64,000 nt of DNA from an uncultured virus (IMG/VR IMGVR_UViG_3300031998_000082) (taxonomy: Duplodnaviria; Heunggongvirae; Uroviricota; Caudoviricetes), in the IMG/VR virus record IMGVR_UViG_3300031998_000082. The stretch is one strand, 5' to 3'. Below, in pieces: positions 1 through 7,827 of this stretch (position 1 is the first letter of the stretch; each line of letters opens with the position of its first letter). The notes beneath the pieces were generated by a model that made no database searches, was not told the DNA's origin, and worked only from the letters and a program-made list of their open reading frames with translations. A program made the position numbers and the translations under genes.

Positions 1-283
1 TAGAGATTAAAACATCATTTTTATGCGACACAAAGGAAGAAGCGGAGAAAATGGCTAATGAGTATTTAACAGAATTGTGTACAGGGTTATATCCAGATTG
101 TTGTTCCAACAGCTACGAAATTGAGAGTATATACAGTTATACAGAGGCAGGTGATACAGATGGATGATAAATGTTATTTGTGTTGCTACTATGACGAGCT
201 ATTTGACGGCATGGACGAATATCCACTATGCACTTGTGAGGAAGATGAAAGACCAGAATGGTGTCCAGAAAGGAGCAATACAG

Positions 284-577
284 ATGGAAACAGTTGAAAT
301 TGTTATTAGGATTCCAAAACGAGAAATAGAAGGAATTAAGAGATACTGTAAACGTACGGAAATTAAAATAAGTTCTTTAGAAGATTATATTTATCGCAGT
401 ATCGCAAACGGCATTGTACTTCCTAAAGGGCATGGAGATTTAAAGGATATGAATGATTTATGTTATAAAAGTCGTTATGGTTGTAAAGGTAATTGTGATT
501 ATTTACATACTTGCGATTTATATGATGCTCCAACAATCATAGAAGCAGACAAGGCAGAAAGTGAGGATAAGAAATGA
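284..577 (+). CDS. hypothetical protein, 'LPKGHG...DAPT' paralog family member 1
   Basis: AGGAG RBS before ATG 284; shares NGIVLPKGHG and DAPTIIEADK motifs with 793..1104 and 1101..1379. Confidence 0.7.
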   Translation: METVEIVIRIPKREIEGIKRYCKRTEIKISSLEDYIYRSIANGIVLPKGHGDLKDMNDLCYKSRYGCKGNCDYLHTCDLYDAPTIIEADKAESEDKK

Positions 578-791
578 TATGATAAAATCAAGAAAACAAC
601 TTACTTATGAAGAGAAAAATAAAATCTGTGATAAATACAGTAAAGGAGTTAAAAAATGTCATAATAAAGATGATAAGTTATGTCCTTTATGCGTTGGCAT
701 ATATGGTGTTGGATACGTGTGTTATAAAAATAAAATACCGTCATTAGAAGCTGAGATTAATAGGATTCACAATGAGGGGATAGAGGTGTGA
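561..791 (+). CDS. small Cys-rich hypothetical protein
   Basis: ORF packed between neighbours; several Cys (CDKY, CHN, CPLC, CY). Confidence 0.55.
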   Translation: MRIRNDMIKSRKQLTYEEKNKICDKYSKGVKKCHNKDDKLCPLCVGIYGVGYVCYKNKIPSLEAEINRIHNEGIEV

Positions 792-792
792 T

Positions 793-1104
793 ATGGCAAA
801 AATATTGATTGATATACCAGATGAAACATACGAATATGTAAAACAGAATTATAGATACGGCATTGGTGCTGAAGTAGCATGTAATCTGGGATTTGCTGTT
901 GCCAAAGGAACAGTACTTCCTAAAGGACATGGAAGGCTGATTGACGCAAGAGTATTTGAAGCAACAATGTATCATCAAGCATTTGAAACAGATAGCGATA
1001 TGCAAAAGTGGGATAGTGGTTGTTGGATACGATACAAGATGTTTGAGAACGCTATATGTGACGCCCCGACAATGCTCGAAGCTGATAAGGAGGTAGAGAA
1101 ATGA
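793..1104 (+). CDS. hypothetical protein, 'LPKGHG...DAPT' paralog family member 2
   Basis: GAGG RBS; GTVLPKGHGRLIDA and DAPTMLEADKE motifs. Confidence 0.75.
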   Translation: MAKILIDIPDETYEYVKQNYRYGIGAEVACNLGFAVAKGTVLPKGHGRLIDARVFEATMYHQAFETDSDMQKWDSGCWIRYKMFENAICDAPTMLEADKEVEK

Positions 1105-1379
1105 AGATAGTAGTAGATATTTCAGAGAAACAATATGAATCCCTAAAAAACCTTTTACTTCCGTCCATGGAGGAACGTGCCATCCTTAATGGAACTGTAC
1201 TACCAAAGGGACATGGTAGGCTTGGAGATTTAGATGCTTATTTGAAAGATACACCAATAAGGAATGTTGACGATACATGGATAAAAGAGAGCTATGTGTA
1301 TGAAAGTATCATTAATGCTCCAACAGTAATCGAGGCAGACAAGGAGGAAACAGATGGCAAAACCAATGATAACAGTTGA
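1101..1379 (+). CDS. hypothetical protein, 'LPKGHG...DAPT' paralog family member 3
   Basis: GGAGG RBS; NGTVLPKGHGRLGDLDA and NAPTVIEADKE motifs. Confidence 0.75.
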   Translation: MKIVVDISEKQYESLKNLLLPSMEERAILNGTVLPKGHGRLGDLDAYLKDTPIRNVDDTWIKESYVYESIINAPTVIEADKEETDGKTNDNS

Positions 1380-1596
1380 TGGGCTGACAGCGAAGTTGGA
1401 GAAAGCAATCTGTGATAGCCCATTGACATTAACAGAAATATGCGAAAGAGCGAAGATATCAAGACATCAATTATGGGAATATAGGTATTATGCAGTAACA
1501 CCAAGTGCTTTAGTATTAGCAAGATTAGCAGTGGTGCTGAATATCAGCACAGACTATTTGTTAGGCATAAGCACAAAGCAAACAATAACAGCATGA
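1354..1596 (+). CDS. XRE/Cro-family helix-turn-helix regulator
   Basis: Typical XRE pattern ...LTEICERAKISRHQLWEY...PSALVLARLAVVLNISTDYLLG. Confidence 0.85.
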   Translation: MAKPMITVDGLTAKLEKAICDSPLTLTEICERAKISRHQLWEYRYYAVTPSALVLARLAVVLNISTDYLLGISTKQTITA

Positions 1597-1605
1597 GGAG
1601 AATAC

Positions 1606-2088
1606 ATGATAAACTATATACGGATGCAGTGTATAGCACCTATAGTCTTAGTGCTGATACTTAAAGGCGTGATAACTTCACCATCACAATTAGGAGATGT
1701 AAATGCTACAGCACTTCAACACTTATCAGGAACTATGGCGATAGAGAATGAAAATCCTGGTGGTTATAGTGAGTTGCAAGATATGATACGATTACTATTG
1801 ACAGGTGCAGTTGTAATAAATCGAGTAAATTCACCAAGATGGAGTGGTGATACAATAGAGAAAGTCATACTTGCAAAAGGTCAGTATGCAAGTGTAACAC
1901 GTAAAGGATTTAAAACACGGCAAGCAAAAGAACGAACAGTGTTATTAGCAAAATACCTACTGATATATGGAACTAAATGGGTATGTCCAAAAAATGTAGT
2001 ATATCAAGGACAAGGTAAAAACGGTTCAAGTGTATATTTGACCATCAAAGTAAAAGGAGATAAACCAGAATTATTCTGTTATGAGTGA
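1606..2088 (+). CDS. SleB/Hydrolase_2-like cell wall hydrolase
   Basis: N-terminal hydrophobic segment; catalytic-type E (AIENE); GAVVINRVNSPRW..TIEKVI..KGQY motif typical of the SleB family. Confidence 0.7.
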   Translation: MINYIRMQCIAPIVLVLILKGVITSPSQLGDVNATALQHLSGTMAIENENPGGYSELQDMIRLLLTGAVVINRVNSPRWSGDTIEKVILAKGQYASVTRKGFKTRQAKERTVLLAKYLLIYGTKWVCPKNVVYQGQGKNGSSVYLTIKVKGDKPELFCYE

Positions 2089-2097
2089 GGTGATATC

Positions 2098-2253
2098 ATG
2101 ATAGAGATATCAAGAGTGGAGCTGTATAAAGTCTGTAAGCGATGTGGTAAAAAGTTGAAAAGGCTTGAATATAGACAGCGAGGATATGGCAAGATATGTT
2201 GGGAGAAAATAAAAAAGAGTAAGCGACAAAAAAAGTTGTTTACTTTTTCTTGA
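2098..2253 (+). CDS. small zinc-finger protein (DUF6011-like CxxCGxxL...GxGxxC)
   Basis: 51-aa ORF below the track cutoff; GAGGTG RBS; CKRCGKKLKRLEYRQRGYGKICW. Confidence 0.7.
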   Translation: MIEISRVELYKVCKRCGKKLKRLEYRQRGYGKICWEKIKKSKRQKKLFTFS

Positions 2254-2267
2254 TTTTGTTATATAAT
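2239..2267 (+). promoter_or_regulatory. putative sigma-A-type promoter for packaging/head operon
   Basis: TTTACT-N17-TATAAT about 40 nt upstream of ATG 2307 (GGAGG RBS). Confidence 0.5.
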
Positions 2268-2306
2268 GAATTGTAGATGAATATAGGTTTTTGCAGGAGG
2301 TGAGAT

Positions 2307-2639
2307 ATGCCTGCTTCTAATCGTGTGATGATACACAAGCTACAAAACGCGATAAATCAAAGTGGAGGAAGAATCCTCTATGAGAAATCGCAGTTTTTCA
2401 GTAAAGACCAAAATCGACCAATCACTATATACAAAATCTGTCAATCGTTAGATACTGAGACTAAGCACAAGAAAGAGAAGCTTTTTGAGTCCACATCAAT
2501 GATTCAGATAGTATTCTTTTTACGTGATATCTGGTGTTACATTCAAGGTCAGGAAATACCAACAGATAATGCAGAATGGGAAATAATCAAGGAGAGGAAA
2601 AACATTGATTATAGCTTAGTTAAGATTGAGGAACGATGA
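2307..2639 (+). CDS. hypothetical protein
   Basis: GGAGG RBS; first gene after promoter. Confidence 0.75.
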   Translation: MPASNRVMIHKLQNAINQSGGRILYEKSQFFSKDQNRPITIYKICQSLDTETKHKKEKLFESTSMIQIVFFLRDIWCYIQGQEIPTDNAEWEIIKERKNIDYSLVKIEER

Positions 2640-2640
2640 C

Positions 2641-3174
2641 ATGAAAAACATAATAGAGTGGATAACAGTCAACGGACATCATGTACCAATATATGAGGGC
2701 GAGTCAAAAGATGACGCTGTTGGCAGATTTACCAAGATGATGGAAGATGACAGAAGAAAAAACAGTCAGATGTCAAAGAGTAAAGCTGAAGCAGATAAGA
2801 GAAATAAACAAGAACCGCCTAAGCGTTTACGTCTCAGCGATATACCTGCCAAAGATGCTAACAAGTTTTCTGATGTCTTGCATCTCAAGACAAAAGAGCG
2901 GTTTAGATTTAAAGAAGGCACAAGTATTACAGGTGCTTATGTATTTGCGGGTAAAGGTTGTTCCAAAGTATTCAGAGATGCAGAGAAGTACGCAAAGAGA
3001 TATCCAGAGAGCGGCAAAAATCCCGAAGATTGGCAACATTGTGCTGGATTCGCTAAGATAACAAACGGCTCTAAAGTGTTAGATAGAGAAGTACATTGGG
3101 TACAGGGTAAAGATGGATATGTTCGTGAAGCATTTATCAAGATTCATGAGAAGAATCTTGAGGACAGAAAGTGA
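2641..3174 (+). CDS. WIT-leader effector 1: putative polymorphic toxin (possible nuclease domain)
   Basis: N-term WITVNGHHVPI leader; C-term FAGKG..FRDA..Y..WQH..G..REVHW motif resembling C-terminal toxin domains of phage MuF-type proteins. Confidence 0.65.
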   Translation: MKNIIEWITVNGHHVPIYEGESKDDAVGRFTKMMEDDRRKNSQMSKSKAEADKRNKQEPPKRLRLSDIPAKDANKFSDVLHLKTKERFRFKEGTSITGAYVFAGKGCSKVFRDAEKYAKRYPESGKNPEDWQHCAGFAKITNGSKVLDREVHWVQGKDGYVREAFIKIHEKNLEDRK

Positions 3175-3356
3175 GGATGAAAATGTTACACAAAGGAAGT
3201 AAAGCTAAGTACATCGGAGAGACTAATGGAGCTTTTGAAAAAGGTAAGATTTATGAAGTACGCGGATATGACAGAGAGCTTGACGCGTGGGGAGTGATGT
3301 CAGATTTGGATGAAGTCTACGCAGTAGGAGAAGAAGATTTGGAAGAGGTAGAATGA
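3171..3356 (+). CDS. putative immunity/antitoxin protein (small SH3-like)
   Basis: Overlaps stop of upstream toxin-like gene; KYIG..GKIYEV..D..Y pattern; acidic C-terminus. Confidence 0.6.
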   Translation: MRMKMLHKGSKAKYIGETNGAFEKGKIYEVRGYDRELDAWGVMSDLDEVYAVGEEDLEEVE

Positions 3357-3357
3357 T

Positions 3358-4158
3358 ATGTCTAAAGAGATAGAACAGTGGATAACTGTAAACGGTAACA
3401 GAGTCCCTATCATGAAAGGTCAGTCTAAAGCTGATGCAGTAAAGAGCTTTGTAGGAAAGCAGAGCAAGACAAAGACAGTATCAGACAAAACAGTTGATAA
3501 AAAGACAGCGACCAAGCAATCAGATGACCAGAAGAGCATCGCCAAAAATGAAGATGAGAAAGACCAGCAGATAGCAAGAAATCAGAAAGAAGCAGATAAT
3601 GCGAAGCAATCAGAAAATACCACAAAAGCTTTACAGACAGTTAACCCAGCATCATTTAATAAATCATTAGTAACTGCTAAAGAGAGCCGTCCTATTGCTG
3701 ATAAGTGGAGAGTAGATGATACACATACAATAGAGGATTATAAAGCACGTGGTTGTGCATGTTATGTCAGTAAAGGTGGTTCTACAGTAGCAGTAGACAG
3801 AAATGGTGATATAATCAGCCTATGCAAGAATACCAATGATAAAATGAAAGGCAGAGAGCTGATGGCTGAAGCAGTAAAACTTGGAGGCAGAAAGCTTGAT
3901 AGTTTTGATGGTAATCATGAATTTTATGTAAGCTGTGGATTTGAGCCTGTAAGTTATACAAAGTTCAATGAGAAATATGCGCCAAAAGGATGGAAAGAAA
4001 GCGGATGTGGTCGTGAAGATGTAGTATTTTACCGATATGTTGGTATTGGTAAAGTAAAGAATACAGACCTTGAAGAGTTTAAGAATAATAATAAGCCCTT
4101 TACGGGTGAAAATGGATATGATGATGCAATGAAGTATAGAGATAAATTCATAAAATAG
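3358..4158 (+). CDS. WIT-leader effector 2: GNAT-like acetyltransferase domain
   Basis: WITVNGNRVPI leader; C-term GDIISLC..KGRELMAEAVKLGGRKLDSFD..FYVSCGFEPV, matching GNAT motifs A/B. Confidence 0.7.
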   Translation: MSKEIEQWITVNGNRVPIMKGQSKADAVKSFVGKQSKTKTVSDKTVDKKTATKQSDDQKSIAKNEDEKDQQIARNQKEADNAKQSENTTKALQTVNPASFNKSLVTAKESRPIADKWRVDDTHTIEDYKARGCACYVSKGGSTVAVDRNGDIISLCKNTNDKMKGRELMAEAVKLGGRKLDSFDGNHEFYVSCGFEPVSYTKFNEKYAPKGWKESGCGREDVVFYRYVGIGKVKNTDLEEFKNNNKPFTGENGYDDAMKYRDKFIK

Positions 4159-4173
4159 TTGGAGGGTTTAAAG

Positions 4174-4374
4174 ATGACATTACAGGAGTATACACAGTCG
4201 GTAAAGACATATTTTAAGCAGTGCGGTAATTATACTGATGCAGAGACAGATACCTATTTTAAGCAACCAGATGTAGACAGCCTGTTAAAAAAGCATTATG
4301 ACGGATTCAGTAAAAGAAATATACCTGCATATATGCCACAGGCAACAGCAAGCTGTTTAGATATGATGTATTAA
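4174..4374 (+). CDS. small hypothetical protein, candidate immunity for GNAT effector
   Basis: GGAGG RBS; directly downstream of effector 2. Confidence 0.55.
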   Translation: MTLQEYTQSVKTYFKQCGNYTDAETDTYFKQPDVDSLLKKHYDGFSKRNIPAYMPQATASCLDMMY

Positions 4375-4392
4375 TAAAAAGGAGCTGATACA

Positions 4393-5055
4393 ATGGATAA
4401 AGACACTGAGAAGAAGAAAACAAAAAAATCGGCGGGAAAATCCATAAAAAAGAAAAGCACATCGAAAAGCTCCAAAACAACACATAGAAGTACATTAAAA
4501 CTATTACAAGATACATACAAACAGGAAGAAGAAAAAAAGCAGAGAGAAAATAAAGCAAAAGCAGAAAAGAAAACAGAAGAACTAAAGAAAGAAAAGAAAC
4601 CAAGAGTACAGAGACAAAAAGGATTCAAGCAGAAAAGAAACTGTCCAGATGTACTTAACCAACAGCAGAAATTATTCTGTATCTATTACGCAGAAACAAG
4701 CAATGGACAGCAGTCAGCCATAAGAGCAGGGTATAAGGAAACAACAGCGTGTAAGCAAGCATCGCGTTTGTTGACACTGGAGAAGGTGAAAAAGGAAATC
4801 GACCGACTCAATGCCAAGAAAGAGGAACATGCAATCGCGACAGCCGCAGACGTTATGAAGTTTTTGACCAAGGTGATGAATGGCGAAATCAAAGACCAAT
4901 TTGGACTTGATGCGACATTAGCAGACAGAATAAAAGCTGGTCAGGAGCTTGCAAAGAGGACAGTAGACATAGACAACAGAGTTAAGGGTGTACCTGATAA
5001 CGTCATGACAATAAAGCTTGATTGGAGGAAGAGCAATGGCGAAACTGAACGATAA
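4393..5055 (+). CDS. terS: terminase small subunit with Lys-rich N-terminal extension
   Basis: QQKLFCIYY..NGQQSAIRAGYKETTA..ASRLL..VKKEI and C-term RIKAGQELAKR, typical Terminase_2 motifs. Confidence 0.9.
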   Translation: MDKDTEKKKTKKSAGKSIKKKSTSKSSKTTHRSTLKLLQDTYKQEEEKKQRENKAKAEKKTEELKKEKKPRVQRQKGFKQKRNCPDVLNQQQKLFCIYYAETSNGQQSAIRAGYKETTACKQASRLLTLEKVKKEIDRLNAKKEEHAIATAADVMKFLTKVMNGEIKDQFGLDATLADRIKAGQELAKRTVDIDNRVKGVPDNVMTIKLDWRKSNGETER

Positions 5056-5284
5056 AGAGATAGCATATTACAAGAGTAAAGCCAAAGGCGCAGAGTTTAC
5101 TGATGCAGACGCAAAGCAGGTAGATGCTGATAGATTGACACAGATAAGCAATATGGCCAATAGTGATGTCACATCAAAGAAACAGGCACGTGAAAGGTCA
5201 GCGTTCAAGAATGATGCAGAGTTTAAGTATTACAATCTGGCATTATATGAGACAGCTTCAGCGATACAATATGGATTAATGTGA
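5036..5284 (+). CDS. small hypothetical protein, candidate antitoxin of downstream zeta-like toxin
   Basis: GGAGG RBS; helical 82-aa protein immediately upstream of zeta-like gene (epsilon-zeta order). Confidence 0.5.
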   Translation: MAKLNDKEIAYYKSKAKGAEFTDADAKQVDADRLTQISNMANSDVTSKKQARERSAFKNDAEFKYYNLALYETASAIQYGLM

Positions 5285-5296
5285 GAGGAGAGCATC

Positions 5297-6457
5297 ATGG
5301 CAAAAGAGCGCGAACCCGAAAGATGGATAACACTAAAGGGTGGAAAACATATTCCGATATATGCTGGTGATACTGACGCAGACATCAAAAACAGAGTAGC
5401 GGAAGCAACAGGAAAGAAGTCTACGCAGAGCAACAAGTCAAATACAGCTTCCAATAGCTCTAAAATGACAGGAAACAGCTTAGATGCACATAAGAAAGAT
5501 AAAGATATAGCTAAGAACAAAACAGACGCGGAAAAGCTTAATAATGAGTCCAAATACAGAGATGAATTGGCAAAAGGCGATAAAGTCACAATGAGCAATG
5601 GCAAGATGATGTTTAAGGGCAAGGAAGTTGATAAGATAGACACATCAGAAGCAGGAAACGCTGGTGAACAATCATTTGCTGACCATCTTGATAAAAATGG
5701 CAATCTATCTCCTGAACGTGCTAAAGTACACAGACAGATTATGGAAAACTATTTCAAAGACCATAAGCCGTATGCGCCAGGTGAGGAAAAAGTCGCTATG
5801 TTTACGGGTGGTGGTGCCGCATCTGGTAAGGGTGTATTCAGTAAGAATATTGGAGATTTTTACTCACAGAATAAAAACCCGATGCTGATTGACCCTGATG
5901 ATATCAAAAAAGCACTTGCTAAAGCTGATGGAAAAGAGATGGACGAAAGACTCACAGCGTATTATCATGAGGAATCTTCAGCACTTGCAAAGCAGATATA
6001 CAACACAGCTTTACAGAACAACTATCCGACACTGTATGACGGTACAGCTACAGGCAGTGGAGTTTATAAGCTTTTAGATGCCGCAAAGAAAGCTGGTTAC
6101 AAGACCGAGGTGTCATTTGTTTACAGCGATTTCAAAACGGTAAGACAGAATAGCTTGGACAGATTTGTGAAGCAAAAAAGACTTGTTCCATTGCATCAGC
6201 TGACAGCCGCACATAGAAAAGCATATGACGCGGTACAAAAGCTGTCTGGTGTTGTTGATTCACTTAAAGTATATGACAATGCTGGCAGAAATCTGAGACT
6301 CACAGCAGAGAGCAAAGCTGGAAAAGGTCTAAGCATAAAAGACCAAGCATCATGGAAACGCTTCAGCGAGTCATCTGGCGAGTTCACGCTTAACGAAAAG
6401 CAAATTGATGATTATATGCAGGACGTTTTAAAACTTAAAAAACAGTATAACATCTAA
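5297..6457 (+). CDS. WIT-leader effector 3: zeta-toxin-like P-loop kinase
   Basis: WITLKGGKHIPI leader; Walker A GGGAASGKG, IDPDDIK, HEESS, YDGT, R..R....R.VP and VYDN motifs of the zeta toxin family. Confidence 0.8.
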   Translation: MAKEREPERWITLKGGKHIPIYAGDTDADIKNRVAEATGKKSTQSNKSNTASNSSKMTGNSLDAHKKDKDIAKNKTDAEKLNNESKYRDELAKGDKVTMSNGKMMFKGKEVDKIDTSEAGNAGEQSFADHLDKNGNLSPERAKVHRQIMENYFKDHKPYAPGEEKVAMFTGGGAASGKGVFSKNIGDFYSQNKNPMLIDPDDIKKALAKADGKEMDERLTAYYHEESSALAKQIYNTALQNNYPTLYDGTATGSGVYKLLDAAKKAGYKTEVSFVYSDFKTVRQNSLDRFVKQKRLVPLHQLTAAHRKAYDAVQKLSGVVDSLKVYDNAGRNLRLTAESKAGKGLSIKDQASWKRFSESSGEFTLNEKQIDDYMQDVLKLKKQYNI

Positions 6458-6479
6458 GCAGGCTACCAACCTGCTTTTT
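6456..6479 (+). terminator. possible intrinsic terminator/attenuator hairpin
   Basis: AAGCAGG-ctaccaa-CCTGCTT followed by T run. Confidence 0.45.
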
Positions 6480-6510
6480 GCTGATTTTACAGGAAAGGAT
6501 GCAGTCAGAT

Positions 6511-7824
6511 ATGCCACAAATTAATATCCCTCTCCGTGACTGTATTATACCTGACTTTTTTGATGTTTTAGAAGATATACTTGACCATCGACATAGCAGG
6601 TACATATTTCCGGGAGGACGAGGAAGTACAAAGTCATCATTTGTTGGTGGAATAGCGATACCGCTGTTAATCACAGCATACCCAAATATACATGCAGTCT
6701 GTTTTAGAAAGATAGCCAATACGATTCAGACATCGATATTCCCACAGGTAGTTTGGGGAATCTATCAGCTTGGATTGCAAGATTTATTTAAGATATCTAA
6801 AAACTATTCAACACCAATCGAGTACATACCAACAGGTCAGAAAATCTACTTCATGGGACTTGATGACCCAGACAAAGTAAAATCAATAAAGCCGGCATTC
6901 GGATACATCGGTATAGACTGGTTCGAGGAGCTTGACCAATTCGCGGGCGAGCGCGAGCTTAGAAAAGTAACACAGTCTACAAAGCGTGGTGGCGAGCTGT
7001 TTTGGGATTTCAGAACGTTTAACCCGCCTATCTCAAAGAATAATTGGGCTAATGAGTTTGTAGAAGGATACGAGCTGAGACCTCAAAAGTCTACACTGGT
7101 AGTAAGAACCACATATTTACAAGTGCCTAAGAGCTGGTTAGGACCAGAGTTTCTTGAAGAAGCAAACGAGCTGAAAGAGAAGAATCCGAGAGCGTATGAG
7201 CATGAATACATGGGAGTTCCTGTAGGAACAGGTGGAGATGTATTTCCGAATGCTTGCGATTTGGATATGACTAAGCTTGTACCTCATTACAACGGCATGG
7301 GAATTGAGGACAAAAAAGTGCCGATGTGGCAGACGTTCAGCGAGATATACAATGGAATCGATTGGGGTTTTGCAAGAGACCCGTTCCGCTATGTCAGAAT
7401 GCATTTTGATATCAAGCACTTGGATTTATACATCTTTGATGAGTACAACACAGTAAAAACGCGAAATCAGGTTGTATTCGATATTTTATACAATGACCTG
7501 AAGAAAGTACGCAAGGATGAGCTGGTAATAGCCGACAGCGCAGAGGAAAAATCAATCGCAGACTTTAAAGCTTATGGAGCATTCATTCGAGGCGCTGACA
7601 AAGGACCAGATTCGGTACGATATGGCATAAAGTGGTTGCAAGGCTTAAATCATATTTACATTGATGCAAGAAGATGTCCCGAGACCTATAAGGAATTTAC
7701 TCAGTACGAATACGAGCAGGACAGAGATGGCAACTTCATAAGCGCATATCCAGACGAAAACAACCACAGCATTGATGCTGTCAGATATGCCTTGCAGAAA
7801 TACGCAAACAGAAAGGGAAATTGA
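6511..7824 (+). CDS. terL: terminase large subunit (PBSX family)
   Basis: GGRGSTKS Walker A, WFEE Walker B, FNPP, GIDWGF..DP, DSAE, NNHSIDAVRY; start could be 6499. Confidence 0.95.
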   Translation: MPQINIPLRDCIIPDFFDVLEDILDHRHSRYIFPGGRGSTKSSFVGGIAIPLLITAYPNIHAVCFRKIANTIQTSIFPQVVWGIYQLGLQDLFKISKNYSTPIEYIPTGQKIYFMGLDDPDKVKSIKPAFGYIGIDWFEELDQFAGERELRKVTQSTKRGGELFWDFRTFNPPISKNNWANEFVEGYELRPQKSTLVVRTTYLQVPKSWLGPEFLEEANELKEKNPRAYEHEYMGVPVGTGGDVFPNACDLDMTKLVPHYNGMGIEDKKVPMWQTFSEIYNGIDWGFARDPFRYVRMHFDIKHLDLYIFDEYNTVKTRNQVVFDILYNDLKKVRKDELVIADSAEEKSIADFKAYGAFIRGADKGPDSVRYGIKWLQGLNHIYIDARRCPETYKEFTQYEYEQDRDGNFISAYPDENNHSIDAVRYALQKYANRKGN

Positions 7825-7827
7825 TAT

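Noticed and set aside
164..283. Upstream extensions given in the ORF track (164, 35898, 39118, 59475 etc.)
   Set aside because: RBS positions and promoter overlap support downstream starts (284, 35952, 39172, 59535)
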